A stretch of DNA of 64,000 nucleotides from Casimicrobiaceae bacterium. GTDB lineage: Bacteria; Pseudomonadota; Gammaproteobacteria; Burkholderiales; Casimicrobiaceae. The stretch lies in contig DASWDF010000035.1 of NCBI GenBank assembly GCA_036395475.1, positions 1,980-65,979 on the forward strand, read 5' to 3'. Shown here piece after piece: positions 32,025 through 42,001 of the stretch. The notes under the pieces were generated by a model. That model searched no databases. It was not told the DNA's origin and saw only the letters and a program-made list of their open reading frames with translations. A program made the translations under genes and the position numbers. Each line of letters opens with the position of its first letter. The stretch's first letter is position 1.

Positions 32025-32756
32025 TTATTTCTGCAACGTCGCGTCCTCGACCAGCACCTTGTACGAGTAACCCGAGCCGAGATCGACGTCGGTGTGCACG
32101 ACGCCCTTTGCCACCACGACATCGCCGATCTTCGTCTCGTCCTTCGTCGTGATGAGCACGTCGTCGGTGTTTTCGGCGGCTGAACCGGACCCGTCGCGCA
32201 CGTGCAACCAGTTCTTGCCCATCACGCCAGGCGTGAATTTCACGACCTTGGCGCGAACCACAACCGTCTTGTTCTTGAGGGCCGCCCTTCCGGTGACGAT
32301 CTCCGCGACGGTGCGCGCGTCCGCGCCGGTTGCCTTCGCGACCTTGACGTCGCCGACATCGATCGGCTTCGCCATGCCAGCGTGCATGGCCCCCATGTTG
32401 CCGCTGGCGGGCGGTGCACTCGCCGCGCTCGCCGCGGTCGTGCCGGGTTGGGCCCCGGCGAGATTGCCGAACACGATCTTGTCGAAGGTCTTCTTCAGCG
32501 TCTTGCTTTCGAAGTTGGTCATCAACGCCGCGTTCTCGATCGTGACCTGCGCGCCCTTCTTCACAGCGGCTTTGTTGACCGCAGCCCATATCTCGCCTTC
32601 TGCGGTCTTTAGGCGCAGATAGGTGTACGCATCGACGTCCTTGACCTCGAGCACCTCACCCTTGAGCGATGGGCTTTGGGCGGACGCAGGATTTGCCGCT
32701 GCCCAGCCGATGCTGAGGAGCAGCGTTGCGAGAACAGCGAGAAGCAGTCTCATCAT
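32025..32756 (-). CDS. secreted protein with two OB-fold-like repeats (hypothetical)
   Basis: Signal peptide MMRLLLAVLATLLLSIGWAAA. Two related halves: GEVLEVKDVDAYTYLRLKT... and ...GKNWLHVRDGSG... Confidence 0.55.
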   Translation of the reverse strand: MMRLLLAVLATLLLSIGWAAANPASAQSPSLKGEVLEVKDVDAYTYLRLKTAEGEIWAAVNKAAVKKGAQVTIENAALMTNFESKTLKKTFDKIVFGNLAGAQPGTTAASAASAPPASGNMGAMHAGMAKPIDVGDVKVAKATGADARTVAEIVTGRAALKNKTVVVRAKVVKFTPGVMGKNWLHVRDGSGSAAENTDDVLITTKDETKIGDVVVAKGVVHTDVDLGSGYSYKVLVEDATLQK

Positions 32757-32987
32757 TTGGCTTTCCGGCGATCGTAGACGGGTGCAACTGTGGCATAGAG
32801 TGGGCCGAAACGGCTTGACCTAGATCGAAGCCGCTTACACCATCAGGGCGTCCTTACGCCGTGGGCGCGAGACATCGTGATTCGCGGCGGGGATCACGAC
32901 ACGCGTTGGCGTCTTGCTTGCGCACACGCAGAGAAGGCGGCTAGCATTCCGTCCGCCCCGACTTATTCATCCTGAATTATCGTGCAA

Positions 32988-34946
32988 ATGCCTATAGCGT
33001 TGTTCGTTGTGCTGATCTTCGCTGCCACAGCTAGCGCGGCCGACCTCGTCGCGCCGAACGCGAACCTCAGGGCCGAAGGCATCCCGCCGATTCCCGCTGC
33101 GCTTGCAGCACAGATGGCCCCCTACACGGAATTCAAGCCGACGATGGCGGTGAGCTGGCACCCGACGAAGCGCGAGCTCGTCGTGGCGCGACGCGCCGGC
33201 AACGTGACGCAGCTCCATCGCGTGGCGAAACCCGGCGACGAGCCGCGCCAGATCACGGAATTCGCCGAGCCGGTCCGCAACGGGGCGTATCTGGCCAAGG
33301 CTCCGGACACGCTCGTGTTCGCGCGCGACATCGGCGGCAACGAGCAGCAGCAGCTTTACAGGCTCGATCCCGCCGCCAAAGCGCCCGTGCTGCTGACCGA
33401 CGCGAACCGCAAGCACGAGCCGGCAGGGATAACGCACGCGCGCGATTACATCCTGGTCGAATCGACGGACGTCGACAAAACCGGCAAGCGCGAGAATCCG
33501 ACGCTGGACCTCGCGCTCATCGACCCGCTCGATCCGGCGAAAGCGCGCAAGGTGGTCACGCTGCCCGGCACCGGATGGGGCAACTTCTCGTTTTCGTTCG
33601 ACGACAAGCGGCTCGCGATGCTCGAGTTCATCTCGATCAACGAGTCGTATGTGTGGGTAATGGACGTTGCCACCGGAGAGCGCAAGCGCGTGCTTCCGCC
33701 GGCGGGTCCCAAGCCGGCGCAACCGATTTTTTCCGCAGGCCTCAATTTCGCGCGCGACGGCAACGGCCTGTTTCTCGCCACCGACCGCGACGGCGAGTTT
33801 CGAAAGCTCGCGTATCTCGACCTCGCATCGGGCAAACTCGACTATTTCGGCGACAGCAGCAACTGGGATGTCGAGGAAATCGCGCTCTCTCCCGACGGCC
33901 GTACGCTCGCAGTGATCACCAACGAGGGCGGCGTCGGCGTGCTTCGACTCTATGATGCGCAAACGCGACGCGCGCTGCCGCAACCTTCGCTGCCACTTGG
34001 AGGCGCAAGCCGCCTCGTGTGGCACGAAGACTCGCGCGATCTCGCGGTTACCGTCGATAGTGCGCAGAGTCCGGGCGATGTCTACGCGATCGACGTGCGC
34101 GACAACCGCGTTACGCGCTGGACGGAAAGCAAGGTACCTGACCTCGACGACGCGCAGTTCCGAAGCGCGGAGCGCATCGAATGGAAGAGCTTCGACGGCC
34201 TCGCCATCGGCGGCTTCATCACGCGGCCGCCTGCGAAATTTACCGGGAAGCGTCCGGTGATCGTCATGATTCACGGCGGTCCCGAAGGCCAGGCGCGGCC
34301 GGGATTCATGGGACGCTGGAACTACTTCGTCGACGTGCTGGGCGTCGCGCTCATACAACCGAACGTGCGCGGCTCGACCGGGTACGGCAAGACGTTCGTC
34401 ACGCTCGACAACGGCATGAAGCGCGAGGATTCGGTCAAGGACATCGGTGCGCTGTTCGATTGGATCCGCGCGCAGCCGGATCTGGACGCCGACCGCGTGC
34501 TGGTGGAAGGCGGCAGTTATGGCGGCTACATGGTGCTTGGCGTGTCAACGTTGTTCCCGGACCGAATCGCCGGTGCGATCGATATCGTCGGCATCGCGAA
34601 TTTCGTGTCGTTTCTCGAGAACACCGAAAGCTACCGCCGCGATTTGCGCCGCGTCGAATACGGTGACGAGCGCAATCCGGCGATGCGCGCGTTTCTGACG
34701 CGCATCTCACCCGTGAACAATGCGCAGAAGATCAAGGCGCCGCTGTTGGTCGTGCAGGGCAAGAACGACCCGCGCGTGCCCTACACCGAGGCCGAGCAGA
34801 TCGTCGCAGCCGCCCGCAAGAACGGCGTGCCGGTAGGGTATCTGCTCGCTGACAACGAAGGGCACGGCTTCGCGCGGAAGGCGAACGTCGACTTCCTGTT
34901 CTACGCGATGATCGCGTTTGTGGAGGAGCGCTTCACGAAGCCGTAG
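32988..34946 (+). CDS. S9-family serine peptidase (beta-propeller plus alpha/beta hydrolase)
   Basis: Signal peptide, then an N-terminal propeller-like region. Nucleophile motif GGSYGGYM, and later the acid and His contexts QGKNDPRV and NEGHGF. GTG 32982 is an alternative start. Confidence 0.85.
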   Translation: MPIALFVVLIFAATASAADLVAPNANLRAEGIPPIPAALAAQMAPYTEFKPTMAVSWHPTKRELVVARRAGNVTQLHRVAKPGDEPRQITEFAEPVRNGAYLAKAPDTLVFARDIGGNEQQQLYRLDPAAKAPVLLTDANRKHEPAGITHARDYILVESTDVDKTGKRENPTLDLALIDPLDPAKARKVVTLPGTGWGNFSFSFDDKRLAMLEFISINESYVWVMDVATGERKRVLPPAGPKPAQPIFSAGLNFARDGNGLFLATDRDGEFRKLAYLDLASGKLDYFGDSSNWDVEEIALSPDGRTLAVITNEGGVGVLRLYDAQTRRALPQPSLPLGGASRLVWHEDSRDLAVTVDSAQSPGDVYAIDVRDNRVTRWTESKVPDLDDAQFRSAERIEWKSFDGLAIGGFITRPPAKFTGKRPVIVMIHGGPEGQARPGFMGRWNYFVDVLGVALIQPNVRGSTGYGKTFVTLDNGMKREDSVKDIGALFDWIRAQPDLDADRVLVEGGSYGGYMVLGVSTLFPDRIAGAIDIVGIANFVSFLENTESYRRDLRRVEYGDERNPAMRAFLTRISPVNNAQKIKAPLLVVQGKNDPRVPYTEAEQIVAAARKNGVPVGYLLADNEGHGFARKANVDFLFYAMIAFVEERFTKP

Positions 34947-34961
34947 CCCTGACGCGCAGAA

Positions 34962-35216
34962 TCAGGCGGGTCCGCGCGGCCAGGGATTGCGAACGATCTC
35001 GTAGCCGAAGCACACCTGAACGTTGCGCCATTTTCGTGGTTTGTCGGGTTCGGTCGGGTCTTGGACCCAATAATTCCGGCAATTGAATAGGCGAATCGTG
35101 AATTGCTCGAAATCCGGGCCCGGCATTGCGCGCGGCGGCTTTTCGAGAAACGTGATTTGAAGGCCCGCCGGCAACGGCACGCCGACATCGACAAGAAAGC
35201 CTCGCGGGTCGCCCAA
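34962..35216 (-). CDS. hypothetical small protein (start uncertain; possibly frameshifted from an ATG at 35247)
   Basis: The C-terminal about 80 codons look protein-like (...FEQFTIRLFNCRNYWVQDPTEPDKPRKWRNVQVCFGYEIVRNPW). Only a TTG start lies in frame. An ATG ORF upstream is in another frame. Confidence 0.25.
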   Translation of the reverse strand: MGDPRGFLVDVGVPLPAGLQITFLEKPPRAMPGPDFEQFTIRLFNCRNYWVQDPTEPDKPRKWRNVQVCFGYEIVRNPWPRGPA

Positions 35217-35520
35217 CCGCGTATTCGCGGTCCTTTGGATCAACCATCGCGCGGTCGAACGCGCGCTGGAATTCGGGGCTCCGCGACTACTGGTCGGCGA
35301 TCCCGAAGGATCGCGCGATCTCACGTGAGGCACCACGAGGGCGATCGGCGCGATCGGCAATGCCTCATACGTCAGGCGGTTCTGCCGGTTCGCACGCGCC
35401 GCAGAGTGACGTGTCTGTGCAACAAGGCAATCACGCCGCGCCTTTCTGTACGGGTTTCCGTGACATCCCGCACGTTTTGCGGCATGATGCTGCAGTGCAG
35501 CAATCAGTCGGGGAGCGTAT

Positions 35521-36336
35521 ATGGAAATCGCAGGCAAGGTCGCGGTCATCACCGGTGCCGCCAGCGGCATTGGGCGGGCAGTAGCGGCGGAGTTGGTGCG
35601 CCGCAAAGTGCGCGCCATGGCGCTCGTTGACTTGGGCGAGGCCATCGAGTCCGTCGCCGCCGAAGTCAACGCCGAAGCTGGACGGCCCGTTGCCTATCCG
35701 TACCGGGGCGACACGACCGACGGCGAGTTTCGCGCATCGGTTTTCGATTCCATCAGCAGCCAGTTCGATACCGTTACGATGTGCGTGCCGGCTGCCGGCA
35801 TCACGCGCGACGATCTTGCGGTCCGAATCGACAGGGATACAGGCAAGGCGCGCATCTATCCGGTGGAGCGGTTCAAACAGGTCATCGATGTGAACCTCGT
35901 GGCGCCCGTGTACTGGGCGCTCGAGATGATCGGACGCATTGCCGAAAACCGCGCGGCAAGCGGACTGAAGCGATGGCAGCCATCCGAGGGAATGCAAGGG
36001 GCCATCGTATTCATCGGCTCGGTTTCCTCACAAGGGAACAAGGGCCAGATTTCCTACGCGAGCACCAAGGCCGGTCTCGAGGGAGCGGCGGCGACGATCA
36101 TGAAGGAGGCCATCTTCCATGGCGTGCGCTGCGGACTGATTCACCCCGGATTCACCGATACGCCGATGGTGCGCGCGATGGGTGACGACTACATCAACAA
36201 GAACATACTGCCGTTCACGCAACTGAGTCGGCTCATTCGCCCCGAGGAGATCGCCGACGCAATCTGCTTCATGCTCGGTAACTCGGCGGTTAGTGGGGAG
36301 CTATGGGCGGACGCCGGTTGGCACGCGCCCGCATAG
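35521..36336 (+). CDS. SDR-family oxidoreductase
   Basis: GKVAVITGAASGIGRA cofactor motif and YASTKAGLEG active site. Confidence 0.85.
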   Translation: MEIAGKVAVITGAASGIGRAVAAELVRRKVRAMALVDLGEAIESVAAEVNAEAGRPVAYPYRGDTTDGEFRASVFDSISSQFDTVTMCVPAAGITRDDLAVRIDRDTGKARIYPVERFKQVIDVNLVAPVYWALEMIGRIAENRAASGLKRWQPSEGMQGAIVFIGSVSSQGNKGQISYASTKAGLEGAAATIMKEAIFHGVRCGLIHPGFTDTPMVRAMGDDYINKNILPFTQLSRLIRPEEIADAICFMLGNSAVSGELWADAGWHAPA

Positions 36337-36381
36337 CAACGATTTCGCGCGAAAAGCTCCGTCAGCGAGTCCGAAACGTTG

Positions 36382-38052
36382 CTAGGCAGAAGGCTTCAGC
36401 GGCGACCCGCCGAGCTGTAGATATTGGTGGACGAATGCGATCGCCATGCTCCCCTCGCCAACCGCCGAGGCGACGCGCTTGACCGGGCTGAATCGCACGT
36501 CCCCGCATGCGAAGATGCCCGGGACACTCGTTTCCAGAAGATAAGGATCGCGGTCCTGCGACCAGCGTCCGCACTTCACCACGTCCACGCCGGTCAGCAG
36601 GTATCCGCGATCGTCGCGCGCGATCTCGGTCGGCAGCCAGTCGGTCTCGGCATCCGCCCCGATGAACACGAAGAGTCCGCCGCAGTCCCGGCAGCGCACC
36701 GTTCCGCTCGCACGATCCAGAATGTCGATCGCCGTCAGATGAGTTCCACCATGGACCGCCTGCACTTCGGATTGCAGTTCGACCACGACATTCGACTTGC
36801 TGCGAACCTGCTCGACCATGTAATGCGACATGTTCTTTTCGAGAGCGTTGCCCCGGACGAGAATCGTCACCGTTCGTGCGTGGTTGGCAAAGAACATTGC
36901 CGCCTGACCAGCCGAGTTCCCGGCGCCGATCAGATACACGTCGAGACCTTGCGTGTTGCTCGCCTCGCTGCGCGCCGCCCCGTAGGAGATGCCCTTGCCG
37001 ATGAGCCGGTCTGCCCCGTCTATGGCAAGGCGCCGCCACGTCACTCCGGTCGCGATGATGACCGTCCGCGCGCGAAGAACGTCGTCGCCGTCCAGATGGA
37101 GCGTGAGTGTTGCCGGAACGAGGCGAACGATGTTGCGCGTGACCAGAATTTCCGCCCCGAGCCGCCTCGCCTGCTGCAACGCGCGGCGCGCGAGCTCGTC
37201 GCCGGACACGCCGTTGGGAAAGCCAAGATAGTTCTCGATCCGCGACGACGTTCCGGCCTGACCGCCCGGCGCTTCGCGCTCGACCACCAGCGTCCTGAGT
37301 CCTTCGGAGGCACCGTACACGGCGGCCGCGAGACCTGCCGGACCGCCGCCGATGACGACCGTGTCGTAGTCCGTGGCGCGCGCGCTCGTTTGCAGTCCAA
37401 GACGCTGCGCGAGTTCGCGCGGTTGCGGGCGGACGAGCGTCGCGCCGTCGGCGAGGCGCAGTGCCGGCCAGTCCTGCTCATCCGGATGTGCGGGCCAGCG
37501 CGCCGGCAGTTCCGGGTCGTCGGGCATTAACCAGTTAAACGTTACCTCGTTGCGCGCGAGAAATCGTCGCAAATCGTGGCAGGCGGTGTCCCAGCGGTGC
37601 CCGACGATCGTCACTTGCGCCTTGGGCGCCTCGGCGGCGAGACCCTGAAGACCGCCGATTCGCTCGCGCGCGAGTGCGCCGATCGCTTCCGGCAGCTCCG
37701 GCGCGGATGCGGCGATCGCGTAATACTGCTGCGCATCCACTCGAATGACGCGCGAGGGTTCCGCCGCGCGATAGCTGCCGATGAACGGCCCGCCGAGGGC
37801 GAGCGGAACTTCGCCGAAGATCTTGCCCGGGGTGCGCCAGCCGATCGTGCGCTCGATGCCATCGATCCGCTTGGTTACCTCGATCTTGCCCGCGATCACC
37901 GCAAAGAGGGCACGCTCTTCGCCTTCGTGAACCGCATACTCGCCCGCGGCGAGCTGCATGTCCGCGGCTCTCTTCGCAAGGTGCTCGAGCTCGACGACCG
38001 GCAGCTTCGAGAAGATCGGTATGCTCGCAAGTTCTTCGATGGTCAGCATCAT
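36382..38052 (-). CDS. cyclic-nucleotide-binding-domain protein fused to a thioredoxin-reductase-like FAD/NAD(P) oxidoreductase
   Basis: N-terminal cNMP fold (IFSKLP ... GEYAVHEGE ... GKIFGEVPL ... RAAE). Then VVIGGGPAGLAAAVYG, YLIGAGNSAGQAA and GIFACGDV. ATG 38052/38049 is chosen over the long upstream extension. Confidence 0.8.
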   Translation of the reverse strand: MMLTIEELASIPIFSKLPVVELEHLAKRAADMQLAAGEYAVHEGEERALFAVIAGKIEVTKRIDGIERTIGWRTPGKIFGEVPLALGGPFIGSYRAAEPSRVIRVDAQQYYAIAASAPELPEAIGALARERIGGLQGLAAEAPKAQVTIVGHRWDTACHDLRRFLARNEVTFNWLMPDDPELPARWPAHPDEQDWPALRLADGATLVRPQPRELAQRLGLQTSARATDYDTVVIGGGPAGLAAAVYGASEGLRTLVVEREAPGGQAGTSSRIENYLGFPNGVSGDELARRALQQARRLGAEILVTRNIVRLVPATLTLHLDGDDVLRARTVIIATGVTWRRLAIDGADRLIGKGISYGAARSEASNTQGLDVYLIGAGNSAGQAAMFFANHARTVTILVRGNALEKNMSHYMVEQVRSKSNVVVELQSEVQAVHGGTHLTAIDILDRASGTVRCRDCGGLFVFIGADAETDWLPTEIARDDRGYLLTGVDVVKCGRWSQDRDPYLLETSVPGIFACGDVRFSPVKRVASAVGEGSMAIAFVHQYLQLGGSPLKPSA

Positions 38053-38366
38053 TTTCCGACAAGACGACGGCCGCCTGGAATGACGCAGTATAGGGGCTCT
38101 TGACAGGGCTGATGCATTGGCGAAATATCGGTGATTCCAACGCGCTGCGGATCGTGCGAGCCCGAGTCGCCCACGATGCACAGCGCTCACTTGGCAAAAC
38201 TGTCGTAAGGCAGTGACGCAAAGCTTCCGGCCCGGCGATGTGTGTGCGGGTAGCGGGGTTGCCGGCGGTGTTCCCGCCGTCATGCACGGATCGCGTGCGC
38301 CCGAGATGCGGGCCGGCATCCAGTCCATGTCACTGGCCCCGACAAGGTTCGTACGGAGGCATTTCG

Positions 38367-38975
38367 ATGTGGAAGCGCGCCGATCGGTGGGCGTTGGTCG
38401 CGGTGCTGAGCTTCGCTGCGAGCGGCTGTGTCACTACGCCGCCGGCCGTACCGTCGGCGCGTACGACCGTGCCTGTGCATCTGAAAGCATCGGTTTCGGA
38501 GCCGACATGCTCGCCCTGCGGTGAACAGACCCGCGAGATCGAACGATTGCGGCAGGACCTCTCGAGCCGGGATGCAGAGGTGCGGGAACTGCGCTCCGAT
38601 CAGCGCGTTCAGGTCAAGGTGTTGCAGGCATCTAAGCGCGAGGTCACCCGCGCAAAGGTGAAGCTGCGTCGGCTGGCGACGCGGGCCGACGCCGCCTCGT
38701 ACATCGCCGAGGTCGAGGTTGCCATGGAGTCGCTGCGCTCATCGCTTGGCGCGACGTCGAGCGTTCCTCAGATCGTCGCGGCACAACGCCTGCTCGAATC
38801 GACCGCCACGCCGTTCGCGCAGGGCGATTATGGTGTCGCCATGGACCGTGCCGCGGAAGCGGAACAATTGATCGTCGTGGCCGCCGACAATCAGGCCCGA
38901 CGGCAGTCACTTGCGCGGACGAAAGTAAAACCGCCGCTTCGCGCGAGGATGGTCGCGAGCGGCCGGCGCGAATAG
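38367..38975 (+). CDS. lipoprotein with a coiled-coil segment (hypothetical)
   Basis: GGAGG RBS before ATG 38367. Lipobox LSFAASGC. Heptad-like REIERLRQDLSSRDAEVRELR. Confidence 0.6.
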   Translation: MWKRADRWALVAVLSFAASGCVTTPPAVPSARTTVPVHLKASVSEPTCSPCGEQTREIERLRQDLSSRDAEVRELRSDQRVQVKVLQASKREVTRAKVKLRRLATRADAASYIAEVEVAMESLRSSLGATSSVPQIVAAQRLLESTATPFAQGDYGVAMDRAAEAEQLIVVAADNQARRQSLARTKVKPPLRARMVASGRRE

Positions 38976-40604
38976 CTACGTCGCGTATTGCACCCGGTTT
39001 CGACCGCTGCGTTTGGCTTGATAGAGAGCATGATCGGCTCGGCCAAGCGCTTCTTCAGGACCGGCGTCTTCATCGCGGCTATGCGCGACCCCAAGGCTAA
39101 CGGTGACCGAAATCCGCTTATCGCTTGCACCCAATTGGGCACCTTCAACAACGGAGCGTATGCGTTCCGCGATGTCGAGCGCCGCGTCCAATCCCGTCTC
39201 AACCAGCACGAGAACAAACTCCTCTCCGCCATAACGCGCCGCGTAGTCGATACTGCGGATCGACTGTTTGAGAATTGCAGCGATATCCGCCAATACCTGA
39301 TCACCGGCGACGTGGCCGTAGTTATCGTTGATCAACTTGAAGTAGTCGAGATCGAGCATCAGCACGGCGAATGGCCTGTGGTTCCGCTGGAAGCGCGCGA
39401 ATTGCTCGGCCAGTATGTCGTCGAGCTTTTTGCGGTTGTACAGACCCGTGAGACTGTCAGTGACGGCGAGGTTTTCCAGCAGCTGATTCTGTGCCTGCAG
39501 GGCCTGATTTGCCGCCAGGACCTCGGCGCGGCCACGTCGTAGGCGGTCCGTCATCATGTTGAACACGCGGGTCAGGTGGCCGATCTCGCCTGCGGGTGCG
39601 TCGCGCAGCTGAACGCTCAGGTCGCCGCGCGCGATGCCGTCCGCGGCTGCGATCAGACTGTTGAGCGGCGTCACGATCGAGCGGCCCATCCAGTAGGCGA
39701 CCAACCCCACCAGCAGCGTCAGTGCGGTGGTAAGCAGCAGAAAGACTTCGAGTAAATTGAGCCACGCCTCGAAGATCTCCGCGCGATCTCTCTCCGCCAC
39801 GACGATTACGGGAAGCGAACGAGGCGCATCGGCAACCGCGACAACTTCACGCCGATGATGGCCGACCAGACTTAGCGGTTCGCGCGGTTGGGCGCGCAGG
39901 TCGTGCAGCGGCTGCGCAGCGAGCGGTATCAGCTCGGTAGCCGCAGTGCGCGTGCCGAGCAACGGCTCGCCATCGGATGCCAGCAGGATCACCTCTGCGG
40001 ATGACGAACGCACGAGGTTCTGCAGTCGCGGTTTAACGGTGCCCAGGTCAAGCACGGCCGAAAGCGCGCCGAGCAGTTCGTTGTGCATCGACAAGACAGG
40101 CACTACCACGGTAACAGTCGCGGTTGCGCGCGTGTTGTCCCAGCGCGGTCGCTCGACAACGACACCTTCGGTGATCGCACTGTTCGGCCAGTTCGTCGGC
40201 AATACGATCGGTGCAGGTGTTGGACTGCTGCTCGCGACGACTTGGCCGGCGGCATCGGATAGCGTCAACTCCAGCAGCGGCTCCAGCCTCTTCTGAACGG
40301 AGCCAAGATAGAGTTTCACTTCACGGGGCCCAATGCGGGTGGGGCCCGAGGGCGGCGCCGTTCCCGCCGTCAACCCGTCGGTGAGGACGTACGCGGTCGA
40401 CAGCGTTCGGACTTCGTTGACCCGTTCCCTGAGCCACATCGTCAGTTCGCTGCTGCTGTCTGCCGCCAGCGTGCGCAATTCGTGGCCCACGTTGTCGCTG
40501 ATCACCACCTGATGGCGCCAGAAGGACAGCAGCCCGAGACCGATCGACGGAATGAGGGTGGCGAGTACGGCGAAGGTCAGGATCTTGCTGTTGATGCTTT
40601 TCAT
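38976..40604 (-). CDS. diguanylate cyclase with periplasmic sensor and HAMP domains
   Basis: Two TM segments flank an about 270-aa periplasmic region. HAMP follows, then GGDEF with RYGGEEFVLVL. Confidence 0.85.
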   Translation of the reverse strand: MKSINSKILTFAVLATLIPSIGLGLLSFWRHQVVISDNVGHELRTLAADSSSELTMWLRERVNEVRTLSTAYVLTDGLTAGTAPPSGPTRIGPREVKLYLGSVQKRLEPLLELTLSDAAGQVVASSSPTPAPIVLPTNWPNSAITEGVVVERPRWDNTRATATVTVVVPVLSMHNELLGALSAVLDLGTVKPRLQNLVRSSSAEVILLASDGEPLLGTRTAATELIPLAAQPLHDLRAQPREPLSLVGHHRREVVAVADAPRSLPVIVVAERDRAEIFEAWLNLLEVFLLLTTALTLLVGLVAYWMGRSIVTPLNSLIAAADGIARGDLSVQLRDAPAGEIGHLTRVFNMMTDRLRRGRAEVLAANQALQAQNQLLENLAVTDSLTGLYNRKKLDDILAEQFARFQRNHRPFAVLMLDLDYFKLINDNYGHVAGDQVLADIAAILKQSIRSIDYAARYGGEEFVLVLVETGLDAALDIAERIRSVVEGAQLGASDKRISVTVSLGVAHSRDEDAGPEEALGRADHALYQAKRSGRNRVQYAT

Positions 40605-40739
40605 GGTGCTCGTGATGCGAAGCGAAGCAAGATGCGACGCTATGACGTTGTCATGGTAGCAATCGGCCGCCCGGGGCGTTCTCGGACGTGAACTTCGACC
40701 GGCGAATGGCGCGCCTCGGCCGACGTGCGGCGGTCGCCG

Positions 40740-41834
40740 TTAGCGCCTTAGCGATCGCCCCGTGGCCGCATCGAAGACATGCGCATGGGCCATGTTGAAG
40801 GCGAAGCGCAAGCTTTCGCCGACTTTCGGCAACGCACGGCCTGCGATCTTCGCCATGAGCTCATGGCCGTTCAACGCGAAGGAGAGCAGGAACTCCGCGC
40901 CCAGCGGCTCGACCATCGTGACCTGCGCCTCGATCGTGGCGGGCGCCTCCGCGCCCGGCGGCAGCACCGCGATATCTTCGGGCCGGATGCCAAAGATCGC
41001 CTTCATCCCCTGCATGCACGCTGTTTCGTTGCACGCGTCGAGCAGCAGACACACCCCTGCAGCCATGATGCATGGCCGCCCGTTCGTATCCGCGGCGATC
41101 TCGGCCGGGATCATGTTCATCGCCGGGCTGCCGATGAATCCCGCCACGAACAGATTGACAGGCGCGGCATAAACTTCGGTTGGCGTGCCGACCTGCTCGA
41201 TCTTGCCTTTGTTCAGGATCACGATGCGGTCGGCGAGCGTCATCGCCTCGACCTGATCGTGCGTCACGTACACGACCGTCGTGCGCAGCTTCTGGTGCAG
41301 CTTCTTGATCTCGCTGCGCAGCCGGCTCCGAAGCTCCGCATCGAGATTGGACAGCGGCTCGTCGAACAGGAACACCGCCGGGTCGCGGACGATGGCGCGG
41401 CCCATCGCGACGCGTTGGCGCTGCCCGCCCGACAGCTCGCCGGGCTTTCGCTCCATGAGCTCTTCGAGGCCCAGCACCGCGGCGGCCTGCTGCACGCGCC
41501 GGTCCACGTCGGCCTTGGGCAGGCGCTGGGCGCGCAGCGCGAACGCCATGTTGCCGTAAACGGTCTTGTGCGGATACAGCGCATAATTCTGGAACACCAT
41601 CGCGATGTTCCGGTCCTTCGGCGCAGCGTTGTTGACCAGCCGGTCGCCGATGCGGATCTCGCCGCCGCTCGCCTCTTCGAGCCCCGCGATCATGCGCAGG
41701 ATCGTCGACTTGCCGCATCCCGAAGGCCCCACGAGCACGACGAATTCCTCGTGCGCCACGTCGAGGTCGATGCCGCGCACGGCTTCGACCGCGCCGAACC
41801 GCTTCACCAGCCCTTTCAGCGCGAGTTGCGCCAT
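40740..41834 (-). CDS. ABC transporter ATP-binding protein (UgpC/MalK type)
   Basis: GPSGCGKST, LSGGQRQRV and FLFDEPLSNLD. Last gene of the 46481-40740 minus-strand cluster. Confidence 0.9.
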   Translation of the reverse strand: MAQLALKGLVKRFGAVEAVRGIDLDVAHEEFVVLVGPSGCGKSTILRMIAGLEEASGGEIRIGDRLVNNAAPKDRNIAMVFQNYALYPHKTVYGNMAFALRAQRLPKADVDRRVQQAAAVLGLEELMERKPGELSGGQRQRVAMGRAIVRDPAVFLFDEPLSNLDAELRSRLRSEIKKLHQKLRTTVVYVTHDQVEAMTLADRIVILNKGKIEQVGTPTEVYAAPVNLFVAGFIGSPAMNMIPAEIAADTNGRPCIMAAGVCLLLDACNETACMQGMKAIFGIRPEDIAVLPPGAEAPATIEAQVTMVEPLGAEFLLSFALNGHELMAKIAGRALPKVGESLRFAFNMAHAHVFDAATGRSLRR

Positions 41835-41885
41835 GCGCTCGGTTGCTGAGTAATACGCAATTGCGTGACAAACGATACAAGACTC

Positions 41886-41961
41886 CGTCGTTCCCGCGAA
41901 GGCGGGAATCCAGCGTCTCTTGGTCGAACGCCACTGGGTCCCCGCCTTCGCGGGGACGACG
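41886..41961. repeat. pair of inverted REP-like GC-rich hairpin units
   Basis: CGTCGTTCCCGCGAAGGCGGGAATCC (41886-41911), and its near reverse complement GGGTCCCCGCCTTCGCGGGGACGACG (41936-41961). Each has a 7-bp stem and translates as the familiar ...RLRGNDG... repeat frame. Confidence 0.6.
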
Positions 41962-42001
41962 AGTTCGCAGTGTTACGCGTCATCCCGGCACGTAAGACTC
42001 A

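Noticed and set aside
36343-36354. TTTCGCGCGAAA palindrome between the convergent SDR and TrxR-fusion genes as a bidirectional terminator.
   Set aside because: It is a 12-nt perfect palindrome with no loop and no flanking T/A tracts, so it is too weak to call an intrinsic terminator.
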